A stretch of 64,000 nt of DNA, taken from assembly GCA_003282485.1 (NCBI GenBank), contig QBZD01000002.1, positions 4,769-68,768 on the forward strand, in the 5' to 3' direction. Under the pieces are notes generated by a model. That model saw only the letters and a list, made by a program, of their open reading frames with translations. It did no database searches and was not told the origin of the DNA. Position numbers and translations under genes: made by a program. Each line of letters opens with the position of its first letter. Positions within the stretch are counted from its first letter, which is position 1. This document shows positions 10,596-21,078 of this stretch, piece by piece. Source of the DNA: Pelagibacteraceae bacterium AG-333-C14. GTDB lineage: Bacteria > Pseudomonadota > Alphaproteobacteria > Pelagibacterales > AG-422-B15.

Positions 10596-12365
10596 ATGTC
10601 ATACAAAAGTCCAATAGAAGATTTCAAATATAACCTAGCAATGCTCAATTATGATGAGATCATTGCAGGCATAGATAAATTCAAGGATTATGACTCAGAC
10701 ACACTGATGAGTGTTGTAAGTGAGATAGGTCGTCTCAATGAATTAGAGGTTGTTGATAGCAACAAAATTGGTGACCGCGAAGGTCTCAAGTATATTCCAG
10801 ACGGCCCTGAGGGCCCAGAAGTCCATACTCCTGAAGCTTTTAAAAAAATATATGAAGTTGTTAAAAGTTCAGGGTACGTAGGTGCTACGATGCCAACACA
10901 ATATGGTGGAGGTGGGGCTCCCTTTACAACAGCTATTCTTGCAGGAGAGATTGGCATTGCATCTAATATGGCATTCTATATGGGTCCAGGACTAAGTCAT
11001 GGCGCAATGAAAACAATATTAAAAAAGGCGACTGAAGAATTAAAAGATAAGTATTTACCAAACATGACTTCTGGCGAGTGGATGGGAACTATGTGTCTTA
11101 CTGAGCCACAATGTGGAACTGATCTAGGATTAATAAAATCAACAGCAAAACCAGTTGATGATCATTATGAATTAAATGGTCAAAAAATCTGGATTTCATT
11201 TGGCGAGCATGATCTTACAGAAAATATAATCCATCTTGTCCTAGCTCGAACACCTAATGCACCAGCAGGAATTAAAGGGATAAGCCTTTTCTTAGTTCCT
11301 AAGAGATTAGATGATAATTCAAGAAACCCAATTTTTTGTGGTGGTTTAGAGCATAAACTTGGCATTAATTCATCGCCAACATGTGTAATGAACCTTGATA
11401 ACGCAAAAGGTTGGCTTGTGGGTGAAGAAAATAAAGGTATGGAAGCAATGTTTCTAATGATGAATGATGCAAGACTTAAGGTTGGCTTACAAGCAATAGC
11501 TATGTCAGAAATTTCTTATCAAAATGCATTAGAGTTTGCAAAAGAGCGCAAGCAAATGAGATCAGTAGTAAAGGAAAAACAAGATCCTGATAGCAAAGCG
11601 GATAGCATTCTTGTTCACCCTGACGTTAGACGAATGTTAATGAATGTTAAATCAACTACTGAAGCAATGAGAGCACTTTGTATATATACCGCTATGAAAA
11701 TTGATCTTGCAGAAGATCATCCTGATGAGCAAGTGAGGCAGGATGCTGATGATTTTGCTGCTTTAATGACACCAATAATAAAAGCTTATTGTACTGAAAA
11801 AGGTTTCATGAATTGCTCTGAAAGTCTTCAAGTTCTTGGAGGAAGTGGCTTTACACAGGAATATCCTCTGGAACAGTATTTAAGAGACGTCAGGATTACG
11901 ATGATTTACGAAGGAACAAATGGTATTCAAGCATTAGATTTAGTGGGAAGAAAACTTACAATGCATAAAGGAAGAATGTTGCAAAACTTCCAAAAAGAAG
12001 TCCAGAGTTTTTTAAATGAAAATAAAGATAATACTGAAATAGAAACTTTCATTAAGCCACTTGAAAATGCTTTAAAAGAAGTAACGACTTCAACAATGTG
12101 GTTAATGCAAAATGGAATGCAGGACCCTGAAAATGCATTATCATCTGCAACAGATTATCTTAATTTAATGGCTTTATCTTCGATGACTTACATGTGGGCA
12201 AGAATGGCCAAGTTCTCTGTGGGCAAAAATGAGCCAATTCATAAAAACAAAATTAAAACTGGTACTTATTTTGTTGAAAAAATTATGCCTGAATTAGCAA
12301 TGTATTCTAAGAAGGTTCAGGCAGGAAAATCATCTATGATGGATATGGAAGTAGCAGAATTTTAA
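10596..12365 (+). CDS. acyl-CoA dehydrogenase, long form with C-terminal extension
   Basis: 589 aa with 'GTMCLTEPQCGTDL', 'QVLGGSGFTQEYP' and 'YEGTNGIQ'. Confidence 0.85.
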   Translation: MSYKSPIEDFKYNLAMLNYDEIIAGIDKFKDYDSDTLMSVVSEIGRLNELEVVDSNKIGDREGLKYIPDGPEGPEVHTPEAFKKIYEVVKSSGYVGATMPTQYGGGGAPFTTAILAGEIGIASNMAFYMGPGLSHGAMKTILKKATEELKDKYLPNMTSGEWMGTMCLTEPQCGTDLGLIKSTAKPVDDHYELNGQKIWISFGEHDLTENIIHLVLARTPNAPAGIKGISLFLVPKRLDDNSRNPIFCGGLEHKLGINSSPTCVMNLDNAKGWLVGEENKGMEAMFLMMNDARLKVGLQAIAMSEISYQNALEFAKERKQMRSVVKEKQDPDSKADSILVHPDVRRMLMNVKSTTEAMRALCIYTAMKIDLAEDHPDEQVRQDADDFAALMTPIIKAYCTEKGFMNCSESLQVLGGSGFTQEYPLEQYLRDVRITMIYEGTNGIQALDLVGRKLTMHKGRMLQNFQKEVQSFLNENKDNTEIETFIKPLENALKEVTTSTMWLMQNGMQDPENALSSATDYLNLMALSSMTYMWARMAKFSVGKNEPIHKNKIKTGTYFVEKIMPELAMYSKKVQAGKSSMMDMEVAEF

Positions 12366-13553
12366 TTAAGATCTGTATCCTAATTGTCTAGCGGCTAAAT
12401 CATACATAATTTCTTCTGAACCGCCACCAATTGCGTTCACTCTAACTTCTCTGTAAATTCTCTCAACTTTACCTGGACCACTATTAGCCCTGAGGTATCC
12501 TGCGCCTCCAAGTATTTGCATTGCTTCTCGTGCGCACAATTCCATAGCCTTACTTGCGTGAACTTTTAGCATAGCTAAATCGGCAATAGGACTCTCTCCA
12601 TTCATGACTCTCCAAGATAATAATTCAGTCCATGCACGAGACGTTCTTACAACTCTATTCATTTCAACGAGTTTATGTTTAATAACTTGATTATCGATGA
12701 GTGGCTTACCAAAAGTTTTTCTCTCTCTAGCCCAAGCAACAGCTTCATCAATACAAATTTGTGAATATGCATTCATTCCTGCAGCCATACCTAATCTTTC
12801 TTGACTGAAATTACCCATCACTCCAATCCAACCACTATTTTCGCCACCAATTAAATTTTCAACAGGAACTTTGCAATCATCAAAATATAGAACAGCAGTA
12901 TCAGAACTTAACCATCCCATTTTTTTAAGAGGAGTTTGAGTAAATCCAGGTGTATCTTTTTCAATTACAAGCACAGAAATTCCCGAGGCTCCTTCGCCAC
13001 CTGTTCTTACTCCAACAACAAAAGTGTCTGCTCTCATCCCGCTTGTGATGAACATTTTTGAACCGTTGACTACGAAATGGTCATCTTTTCTTACAGCTTT
13101 TGTTTTTAAGCTTGCAACATCAGAGCCACCTGAAGGTTCGGTCATTGCAAGGGCTGCTATTTTTTCTCCTTTCACAACAGGTGGAATAAATTTCTCTTTT
13201 TGCTCTTCAGTTCCAAGAGACTGAATCAAAGGAATAGCAATATTATGTGAAAGTAGACTTGCAGAAACACCGCCACACCCTTGAGCAAACTCTTCTGCGG
13301 TTACAATACCGTGGAATATATCAATGCCTTCTGTAGTACCACCGTATTTTTCATCATAACCCATGCCCATCAGACCAACCTCGGCGGCTTTTTTGTATAA
13401 TTCTCTTGGGAATTCTCCTGCTTCTTCCCATTCCTCTACAAATGGGGCTATTTCTTTAGCTACAAACTTTCTAACTTCATCTCTCCAAGCGTGATGGGAG
13501 TCATTATAAAATAAAGGTTTTTTTCCTTCTGCTATTCCAACTTTTGGTATCAT
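12366..13553 (-). CDS. acyl-CoA dehydrogenase
   Basis: 395 aa with 'ALAMTEPSGGSDV', 'QILGGAGY' and 'IGGGSEEI'. Converges on the previous gene with a 0-nt gap. Confidence 0.85.
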   Translation of the reverse strand: MIPKVGIAEGKKPLFYNDSHHAWRDEVRKFVAKEIAPFVEEWEEAGEFPRELYKKAAEVGLMGMGYDEKYGGTTEGIDIFHGIVTAEEFAQGCGGVSASLLSHNIAIPLIQSLGTEEQKEKFIPPVVKGEKIAALAMTEPSGGSDVASLKTKAVRKDDHFVVNGSKMFITSGMRADTFVVGVRTGGEGASGISVLVIEKDTPGFTQTPLKKMGWLSSDTAVLYFDDCKVPVENLIGGENSGWIGVMGNFSQERLGMAAGMNAYSQICIDEAVAWARERKTFGKPLIDNQVIKHKLVEMNRVVRTSRAWTELLSWRVMNGESPIADLAMLKVHASKAMELCAREAMQILGGAGYLRANSGPGKVERIYREVRVNAIGGGSEEIMYDLAARQLGYRS

Positions 13554-14398
13554 GTTATTTCACTTACTCCATTCTTAATTACAATTTTTTCTCGCTCTTT
13601 TACTTTAGATTGATAGTAAACCTTACTGCCGTTCTTCCACATTTCAGTAACGATTGTTTCACCAGGATATACAGGGGATGAAAAACGGCAATCAAATTTT
13701 TTTAACCTTTTAGAATCACCCTCACATACACTTTCGACGAGTGAGCGGCACGCTATACCATAAGTGCACATACCATGAAGGATAGGCTTTTCAAATCCTG
13801 CAGTCTTTGCAAAATTAGGATCGGAGTGTAGCGGATTATAATCACCTGAAAGTCTAAAAATCAGAGCTTGGTCAGGTTTAGTTTTAATTTCGTGAACAAA
13901 ATCTGGATCACCTTCTGGTCTAAATATTTCACTCTTTGGAGACTCTGGACCTCCAAAACCTCCATCACCTCTCGCAAACGTGGTACTTACAAGTTTACAG
14001 ATTTCAGTATTATCTTTTTTTAGGTTGATTGTAGTCTCAACATCTATTATTGCACCTTTGCCTGCACCTTTATCATAGCATCCTATTACTTTTGCATTAG
14101 AAATAAAATCTCCAGATACCGGCAGAGGATTTGAAAAAGACAGTTTTTGCTCACCATGCACTACTAAAATGAAATTTATATTTGCTTTTAAAAGTAGAGG
14201 TGAATGATATTGGAAGTTTGTAGCCATTGAAGGTAAAGCAACTTGTGAATTCTCATAAACATATTTTAACTCTGCCATATTCATTGGGTCATTACCTAGT
14301 CCAACTCCAAGGCTATAAAGAATTGAATCCTTATCAGAGTAAGAAATTTCAACATTCTCAGATGTCATAGACATTATTTCATCGTAATTAATAGGCAT
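13550..14398 (-). CDS. MaoC-like (R)-specific enoyl-CoA hydratase / hydroxyacyl dehydratase (double hot-dog)
   Basis: 282 aa with the hydratase-2 motif 'RLSGDYNPLHSDPNFAKTAGF'. 4-nt overlap with the downstream acyl-CoA dehydrogenase. Confidence 0.8.
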   Translation of the reverse strand: MPINYDEIMSMTSENVEISYSDKDSILYSLGVGLGNDPMNMAELKYVYENSQVALPSMATNFQYHSPLLLKANINFILVVHGEQKLSFSNPLPVSGDFISNAKVIGCYDKGAGKGAIIDVETTINLKKDNTEICKLVSTTFARGDGGFGGPESPKSEIFRPEGDPDFVHEIKTKPDQALIFRLSGDYNPLHSDPNFAKTAGFEKPILHGMCTYGIACRSLVESVCEGDSKRLKKFDCRFSSPVYPGETIVTEMWKNGSKVYYQSKVKEREKIVIKNGVSEIT

Positions 14399-14457
14399 TT
14401 TTTATGTATTTTAGTACGTTTTAAATATATATATAGTTTATATAGTTCAAATATTTA

Positions 14458-15327
14458 ATGCGAGTAAAAAATATGTCTAAACCATTTGATGTAGAAATAA
14501 ATAATTCCATAGCCCACATAAGGTTTAACAGGCCTGAAAAAAGAAACTCAATGAATGAGGATTTTTGGAATTTGTTTCCCAAAGAAGTTGAAGAATTAGA
14601 TAGTAGTGGTGAAATAAGAGCCTTGGTTGTTTCGTCAACAGGCCCTCACTTTTCATCTGGTATAGATTTGAATATGTTTAAGGATGATGTAGTTGAAAAC
14701 CAAAGTGAAAATGAACTTGGAAGAAGCAGAGGTTACTTCTTACAACAATTACATTATTTGCAGAACGCGGCTACGTGTCTAGAAACAGCTCGTTTTCCAG
14801 TAATTGCCGCTGTTCAAGGAGGTTGCATTGGTGGAGGAATAGATTTAATAACTGCAGCTGATATAAGATTATGCACAAAAGACGCTTTCTTTTTAATAGA
14901 AGAAATTAATGTTGGACTCGCTGCAGATATAGGCACTATTCAAAGACTCCCAAAAATCATCCCTGCTGGTATTGCAAGAGAATGGACAATGATGGGAGAG
15001 AAAGTTTCTGCAGATAGAGCGAAAGAGGTAGGACTTGTAAGTTCTCTGCATGAAAATCAGGAAGAAATGTTGGAAAGTGCATTTAAAATTGCTGAAAGAC
15101 TTGCTTCTAAAACGCCTTTGGCCATGTGGGTTACCAAAGAAGTTCTAAATTATTCAAGAGATCATTCAGTGAAAGAAGGGTTAGAAAATGTAGCTTTATG
15201 GAATGCGGCGACCCTTCACAAAGAAGATGTGATGAATACCATGATGGCAAAAATGCAAAAAAAAGAGCCAGAATATAGGAACTTACGAAATAAAAATTTT
15301 CTGAAACGTAAATCTGATAAGCAGTAA
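14458..15327 (+). CDS. enoyl-CoA hydratase/isomerase (crotonase family)
   Basis: 'STGPHFSSGIDL' and 'AAVQGGCIGGGIDL' oxyanion-hole segments. The start may be the Met at 14473. Confidence 0.8.
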   Translation: MRVKNMSKPFDVEINNSIAHIRFNRPEKRNSMNEDFWNLFPKEVEELDSSGEIRALVVSSTGPHFSSGIDLNMFKDDVVENQSENELGRSRGYFLQQLHYLQNAATCLETARFPVIAAVQGGCIGGGIDLITAADIRLCTKDAFFLIEEINVGLAADIGTIQRLPKIIPAGIAREWTMMGEKVSADRAKEVGLVSSLHENQEEMLESAFKIAERLASKTPLAMWVTKEVLNYSRDHSVKEGLENVALWNAATLHKEDVMNTMMAKMQKKEPEYRNLRNKNFLKRKSDKQ

Positions 15328-15346
15328 ATCAGATATAAAAAGTTAA

Positions 15347-16216
15347 ATGAGATTCAAAAAAGGAATTATTCTTGCCGCTGGTAAAGGCACTCGTTTGTTC
15401 CCATCGACTGAAGCAACACCTAAGCCCTTATTACCCTTGTATGATAAGCCATTGCTTTATTATGCTCTGTCAAATCTAATGAGCGCGGGCATTAAGGAAG
15501 TATTATTTATTTCACGTAAACAGGACATGCTTAGTTTTAAAAAACTGTTTGGCACAGGTAATCAGTTAGGGATGCGTTTTAAATATACTTTTCAGGCAAA
15601 ACAGAAAGGCATACCTGATGCAATAAATGTTGCCAATAAATTTATTGCTCAACAGCCATTTATCTTAGCCTTGGCGGACAATCTTTTTATTGGGAACAGT
15701 TTTCAAAAAACTCTAAAGCAAGTGCAATCGATAAAGTCTGGTGCAGCGGTCTTAGCTGTAAAAACTAAGTATCCTTCAAAATCTGCTGTAATTGATTTGG
15801 GGAAAAAAGGGAAAATCAAGTCAATTATCGAAAAACCAAAAAAACCTAAAAGTAATTTAACGATACCAGGATTATATTTTTATGACTCAGAATCTAAAAC
15901 GGCAGTTAGGAAACTCAAACCTTCTAAAAGAGGAGAATTGGAAATAGTTGACGTACATCTTGATTATTTAGAGAAACAACAACTCAAAGTATTCTCGCTC
16001 AAAAAAGATATAAAATGGTTTGATACAGGTGATGCTGAAGAAATGCTTGAGGCTTCCAACTATGTTCATAGATACCAAAAAAATAAGAAAACCCTTGTGG
16101 GTTCAATTGAATTAGTTGCCTTAAAAAATGGCTGGATCTCAAAAAATAAATTCAAATTAATGATTAGCAGATACTCAAACTCACAATACAAAAAAAATCT
16201 TCAAAAATTCTGTTAA
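15347..16216 (+). CDS. sugar-1-phosphate nucleotidyltransferase, RmlA-like (glucose-1-phosphate thymidylyltransferase family)
   Basis: 'GIILAAGKGTRLFPSTEATPKPLLPLYDKPLLYYALSNLMSAGIKEVLFIS' closely follows the RmlA N-terminal consensus. No rmlBCD genes are nearby. Confidence 0.75.
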   Translation: MRFKKGIILAAGKGTRLFPSTEATPKPLLPLYDKPLLYYALSNLMSAGIKEVLFISRKQDMLSFKKLFGTGNQLGMRFKYTFQAKQKGIPDAINVANKFIAQQPFILALADNLFIGNSFQKTLKQVQSIKSGAAVLAVKTKYPSKSAVIDLGKKGKIKSIIEKPKKPKSNLTIPGLYFYDSESKTAVRKLKPSKRGELEIVDVHLDYLEKQQLKVFSLKKDIKWFDTGDAEEMLEASNYVHRYQKNKKTLVGSIELVALKNGWISKNKFKLMISRYSNSQYKKNLQKFC

Positions 16217-16218
16217 TA

Positions 16219-16716
16219 ATGAATCGAGGTGATTTAATTAACTTACTTAATAAGAAATCTATTCGATTTAAGTTAACTGAACACAAACCATTATTCACAG
16301 TTGAGGACTCAAAAAATTTAAGAGGTCAGATCGAAGGAGCTCATTCAAAGAATCTCTTCTTAAAGGATAAAAAAGATAATTTTTACTTAGTCAGCTTTAT
16401 AGAAGATATTGTTGCTGATCTTAAGAAAGCTGCAATCCAACTAGGCTCAAAGAAACTATCATTTGCAAGAGAAGAATATCTTATGCAATATTTAGGAATC
16501 AAGCCAGGATCTGTATCTCCATTTGGATTAATTAATGATAATGAAAAAAAAGTTAAATTCTTCTTTGACTCAGAATTTATGAACTTCGATATAGTTAACT
16601 TTCATCCATTGGTTAATACTGCAACAGTTTCAATTGCACCAAGTGATCTGATTAATCTTATTGAAGAGCATCATTCAAAAGTAGAATTTATTAATATGCG
16701 TCAATTTCAAAAATAA
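16219..16716 (+). CDS. YbaK/ProX-type aminoacyl-tRNA editing (deacylase) domain protein
   Basis: 165 aa with 'HSKNLFLKDKK' and 'PGSVSPFG', typical of free-standing ProX/YbaK domains. Confidence 0.7.
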   Translation: MNRGDLINLLNKKSIRFKLTEHKPLFTVEDSKNLRGQIEGAHSKNLFLKDKKDNFYLVSFIEDIVADLKKAAIQLGSKKLSFAREEYLMQYLGIKPGSVSPFGLINDNEKKVKFFFDSEFMNFDIVNFHPLVNTATVSIAPSDLINLIEEHHSKVEFINMRQFQK

Positions 16717-16717
16717 A

Positions 16718-17245
16718 ATGAAAAAAGCAAAATTCATTAAAACAAAAAAAAGTATTGAAACGAGTGTATTTAAACTTCAGCTCGACGAAGTCATTTGGGT
16801 TAACGGTAGAAGAGCTATAAGAGATGTTATCCGTCATAATGGGATAACTGCTATAGTGCCAATTATAGAAAAGAAATATATTATCTTGATCAAGCAGTAC
16901 AGGTATGGAGCTGACAAAATTATGTTAGAAGTGCCAGCAGGAACAATTGACTCTGGTGAAAAACCATTACAGTGTGCAAAACGTGAATTGACTGAAGAAA
17001 CTGGTTATCATGGGAAGCAATGGAGACTTATAGGTAAATATTTTCCTACTCCAGCTTACAACACATGTATTATTCATTCATATTTAACACATTGTTATAA
17101 ACAAACAGAAACAAATTATGATGAAGATGAAGTTCTAGAAACAAAAATCTTCTCAGTAAGTGAAATTAAAAAAATGTTAAGGAATAATAAGTTTTCTGAT
17201 ATTAAAACCTATATAAGCCTAGAGAGATTTATAAAATATTATTGA
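16718..17245 (+). CDS. NUDIX hydrolase (ADP-ribose pyrophosphatase-like)
   Basis: Complete Nudix box 'GTIDSGEKPLQCAKRELTEETGY' (Gx5Ex7REUxEExGU). Confidence 0.85.
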   Translation: MKKAKFIKTKKSIETSVFKLQLDEVIWVNGRRAIRDVIRHNGITAIVPIIEKKYIILIKQYRYGADKIMLEVPAGTIDSGEKPLQCAKRELTEETGYHGKQWRLIGKYFPTPAYNTCIIHSYLTHCYKQTETNYDEDEVLETKIFSVSEIKKMLRNNKFSDIKTYISLERFIKYY

Positions 17246-17676
17246 TTTAGTATTTTCCAGATCCCTGAAGCTGACAAAATAATTTTATCTTTTGAAATTA
17301 AGTTTCCTTCTACAAATACAAGAGATTTTGTTGTTTTGGTAACTTTTCCATCACACTCAATAATGTCATCTTGAAGACCTGGGCTTACAAAATTACAGTT
17401 TAAAGAGATAGTACTGCAAGGTTTCTTTCCACAAGCAGTAAACACCATTGATCCTAAAAAAATATCTGCTAATGACATTGAGTATCCACCATGCGCAATT
17501 CCATGAGCATTTAAATGCTTATCTAAAATTTTTGTAATGAATTTAAAGTTTCCATCATTTTCTTTTTTGAAATACATAGGGCCAATGAGCACATCAAAAC
17601 CTGCATGCCATCCAAGTTTTTTATACTCTTCAGGAACCCAGTTAGGAAGAGACGTTTCTGTTTTAAGCATTACCAT
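17239..17676 (-). CDS. PaaI/hot-dog fold acyl-CoA thioesterase
   Basis: 145 aa with the PaaI-type motif 'NAHGIAHGGYSMSLADIFLG'. 3' ends overlap the NUDIX gene by 7 nt. Confidence 0.75.
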   Translation of the reverse strand: MVMLKTETSLPNWVPEEYKKLGWHAGFDVLIGPMYFKKENDGNFKFITKILDKHLNAHGIAHGGYSMSLADIFLGSMVFTACGKKPCSTISLNCNFVSPGLQDDIIECDGKVTKTTKSLVFVEGNLISKDKIILSASGIWKILNQ

Positions 17677-17865
17677 TTTAGAATCGTATGTTATAAGAAT
17701 GCGAATTTTTAGCCTCGTAATTAAATATGGTCAAGCTTTATAAAGAAATTTATATGCCAAAATTTGAGGGTATTTTTAACATCTGTAGATATATTAAATT
17801 TTAACTTTTTTTTTTATATAAAAAGTTTATGTTACATTTTTTAATATTTTCAGGAAAATATCGGT

Positions 17866-19047
17866 ATGAGAGAAGCTGCAATAATATCAACTGCTAGAAC
17901 TGGTTTAGCAAAAGCTATGCGTGGAGGATTTAATAAAACTCATGGAATTACAATGGGTGGTCATACTGTAAAACATGCAATTGAACGAGCTGGAATTGAG
18001 TCTGGTGAAGTAGAAGATATTATATTTGGTTGTGGGCAACCTGAAGCTGCAACTGGTCATAACATTGGAAGAAACGTAGCGATAGCTGGCGGATGTCCTG
18101 TTACTGTTCCTGGTACAACAATCAATAGATTCTGCTCATCAGGACTTCAAAGTATTGCTGTTGCAGCCCAAAGAATTATTGTTGATGGCATTAAAGTTGC
18201 AATAGGCGGCGGCGTTGAGTCAATTTCAATGACACAGCAGAACTTAAATATGAAACATCTGATCGAGCCTGAATTACAAAAAATATGTCCTGCCTTATGG
18301 ATGCCAATGATTAATACAGCAGACATTGTTGCTGATAGATACAAAGTAAGTAGAGAACAGCAGGATGAGTACTCGCTTCAAAGTCAGCAGCGTACAGCTG
18401 AAGCACAAAGCGCTGGAAAATTTGCTGATGAAATCGTTCCTTTGAAAACAAAAATGGACGTAATGAACAAAGAAACAAAGGAAGTTACTGAGCAAGAGGT
18501 AACAGTTGATAAGGATGAATGTAATAGACCTCAAACAACATTGGAAAGTTTAGCTGGATTAATGCCTGTCATGGGACCTGAGAAATATGTGACTGCAGGA
18601 AATGCAAGTCAGTTATCTGATGGAGCATCATCATGTGTCTTAATGGATTTGAAAGAAGCAGAAAAAAGAAATATTGAACCAATGGGAATTTTTAGAGGAT
18701 TGTCCGTTGCAGCGTGCGAGCCTGATGAAATGGGAATTGGCCCAGTTTTTGCTGTACCGAAATTGTTAGAACAACACGGCTTATCCGTTGATGATATTGA
18801 CATTTGGGAACTAAATGAAGCTTTTGCTGTTCAAGTCTTATATTGCCGTGATAAACTTGGCATAGATAATGAGAAGTTGAATGTTAATGGTGGTTCAATT
18901 TCAATTGGACACCCATATGGTATGACAGGCTCACGTATGACTGGTCATATTTTAATAGAGGGTAAAAGAAGAAACGCAAAATACGGTGTTGTCACTATGT
19001 GTGTCGGTGGCGGAATGGGAGCAGCAGGACTTTTTGAGATTTTATGA
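17866..19047 (+). CDS. acetyl-CoA C-acyltransferase (thiolase)
   Basis: 393 aa with 'NRFCSSGLQSI' (nucleophilic Cys), 'GNASQLSDGA', 'NEAFA', 'GGSISIGHPYGMTGSR' and 'MCVGGGMG'. Confidence 0.9.
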   Translation: MREAAIISTARTGLAKAMRGGFNKTHGITMGGHTVKHAIERAGIESGEVEDIIFGCGQPEAATGHNIGRNVAIAGGCPVTVPGTTINRFCSSGLQSIAVAAQRIIVDGIKVAIGGGVESISMTQQNLNMKHLIEPELQKICPALWMPMINTADIVADRYKVSREQQDEYSLQSQQRTAEAQSAGKFADEIVPLKTKMDVMNKETKEVTEQEVTVDKDECNRPQTTLESLAGLMPVMGPEKYVTAGNASQLSDGASSCVLMDLKEAEKRNIEPMGIFRGLSVAACEPDEMGIGPVFAVPKLLEQHGLSVDDIDIWELNEAFAVQVLYCRDKLGIDNEKLNVNGGSISIGHPYGMTGSRMTGHILIEGKRRNAKYGVVTMCVGGGMGAAGLFEIL

Positions 19048-19415
19048 TTGATGCTATTAAATATATTGAGAAAATTGCTTTAGTAATTATTATTTTTGCG
19101 ACTGTCATTGCTATTGGCTACGAGATTTTTGCAATGTATGAGAAATCACTTGTTGAGTTAGCTGATCTATTGTTACTTTTCATTTATTTAGAAGTCATTC
19201 AAATGATCAGAGAGTATTGGACGCTCAACAGGATCAGAATAAGCATTCCATTATTTATTGCAATCACTGCGGTAGCTAGATTAATCATACTCCAGGGCAA
19301 AACAATGGATCCAAGTATGTTGCTATATGAGGGTGGTGCAATATTGCTTATAGCAATTGCAGTGCTTATTCTTAAAGCAAGAAAACTAAAAATGTTTTCT
19401 GATGTTGACGACTAA
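19044..19415 (+). CDS. small 4-TM membrane protein, PsiE-like
   Basis: 123 aa with four hydrophobic segments. The resemblance to the phosphate-starvation-inducible PsiE family is from memory only. Confidence 0.4.
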   Translation: MIDAIKYIEKIALVIIIFATVIAIGYEIFAMYEKSLVELADLLLLFIYLEVIQMIREYWTLNRIRISIPLFIAITAVARLIILQGKTMDPSMLLYEGGAILLIAIAVLILKARKLKMFSDVDD

Positions 19416-19833
19416 AATATTTAACTATTTACAAATATTTATTTTATCTTTCCTAATTCAGAACGGGGCATATGCCATTACTTCTTCAGATGAAGAAGAA
19501 ATAATATCAGTGGTAAATGCACAGCTGCAGGCATTTCAAGATGACGATTTTGAAAAAGCTTATTCATATGCGTCTCCTACAATTAAAACAATTTTTTCTG
19601 ATTATAAAAAATTTAGAGATATGGTAGTCGGTCAGTACCAAGCAGTGTATAGGCCAAAAAGTATAAATTTTGGAAACGTTACAACGCAAGGGGGAACGAC
19701 TTTTCTTGAGGTATATTTAGTTGATCCAGATGGCATATTTGTAACTGCAATTTATACGATGCAACAGCAAGAAGATGACAGTTGGCTTATTAATGGTTGT
19801 TTTCTCAATCAAGCTAAAAGTGATCAGATTTAA
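19402..19833 (+). CDS. exported DUF4864-like protein
   Basis: 143 aa, signal peptide ('...IQNGAYA'), NTF2/SnoaL-like size. The family assignment is tentative. Confidence 0.4.
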   Translation: MLTTKIFNYLQIFILSFLIQNGAYAITSSDEEEIISVVNAQLQAFQDDDFEKAYSYASPTIKTIFSDYKKFRDMVVGQYQAVYRPKSINFGNVTTQGGTTFLEVYLVDPDGIFVTAIYTMQQQEDDSWLINGCFLNQAKSDQI

Positions 19834-21078
19834 TTATGAAGATTTTTCTATAATCTCTTGATAAAATTTTAGACTTTTTTTACTTTTCCTCGCAAGAGTT
19901 TCTCTGTTAACTTCAATGAGGCCAAATCTTGGTTTATATCCATACAACCATTCGAAATTGTCTAGAAATGACCAATAGTAATAACCTCTGATATCGAGAC
20001 CATCATCAATACACCGCTGAAGACCCTCTAATGCTGTTTTGACATAGCTTATTCTTTGTTCATCGTCATCAGTACCAATTCCATTTTCAGTAACAATCAT
20101 AGGACAGTTAATTTTTGGAGCTACATACCTCAACACATTCTCAAGTGATTCTGGATAATACTCATATCCCATCACGAGCATAGTTGAATCATTTGTATTA
20201 GGTTTTATAATTCCCTCTGGGCCATATGTATGACGTGTGTATGTTTGTATACCTATAAAGTCATCATTTTTTACCTGATCTAGGCATATATCTACAGACT
20301 CAGCATGAGCCTTATCTCTCATTTCTTCTCCACCATCAATACATTGGTAATCCATAATTGAAAGCGTGATGCCAACTGGCTGATTATGATCTAAATTACC
20401 TTTGATAACTGGAAAAGACTTTACGTGAGCTTCCATCATGCAATCTCTTATTTTAAATGGGTGCCCAAATAAAAAAGGACCAAAGTTCTCAAGGTTTGAT
20501 CCACATGATTTTGCTGCTTCACTAACAAAAGGCATAATTGTTTTCATCCCACCCTCCGGGTAGCTTGGAAAACTATGAGCAAAACAAGAGGTTAGGTTTG
20601 CCTCATTAATTGTACATACTGTATCTATGTAATCATCTAACTCTTTTGATACTTTTTCTGAGTATCTCACAAATAAATCGACATTATCTTGATTTTCCCA
20701 GCCGCCTCTTGCAGTAAACCACAGTGGTGATGTAAAGTGTTGAAATGTTACACAAGTTTTCAAACCTTTCTCTCGACAATAATCTAGAACCTTTTTGTAG
20801 TGATCAATTGCTTCTTGAGAAAATTCACCTTCACCGATTTCGATACGAGCCCATTCAACTGATAGGCGATAAGCCTGGATGGAATGATCAGCCATAATGT
20901 CTATATCTTCTTCATATTTATTCCATTGATCGCAAGCAATACCGGAAGGTTCGGCAAACGTAGTATCTTTAGTATGCTCTAAGTGCCAAAAATCTGAATT
21001 AGTGTTATTTCCTTCAACTTGGTGTGCTGCAGTTGCAGTACCCCATATAAAATCTTTAGGTAAATTTTTTAATATCAT
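19834..21078 (-). CDS. glycoside hydrolase family 1 beta-glucosidase/beta-galactosidase
   Basis: 414 aa with 'TFQHFTSPLWF', 'TINEAN' (acid/base Glu) and 'IVTENGIG' (nucleophile Glu). Confidence 0.85.
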   Translation of the reverse strand: MILKNLPKDFIWGTATAAHQVEGNNTNSDFWHLEHTKDTTFAEPSGIACDQWNKYEEDIDIMADHSIQAYRLSVEWARIEIGEGEFSQEAIDHYKKVLDYCREKGLKTCVTFQHFTSPLWFTARGGWENQDNVDLFVRYSEKVSKELDDYIDTVCTINEANLTSCFAHSFPSYPEGGMKTIMPFVSEAAKSCGSNLENFGPFLFGHPFKIRDCMMEAHVKSFPVIKGNLDHNQPVGITLSIMDYQCIDGGEEMRDKAHAESVDICLDQVKNDDFIGIQTYTRHTYGPEGIIKPNTNDSTMLVMGYEYYPESLENVLRYVAPKINCPMIVTENGIGTDDDEQRISYVKTALEGLQRCIDDGLDIRGYYYWSFLDNFEWLYGYKPRFGLIEVNRETLARKSKKSLKFYQEIIEKSS

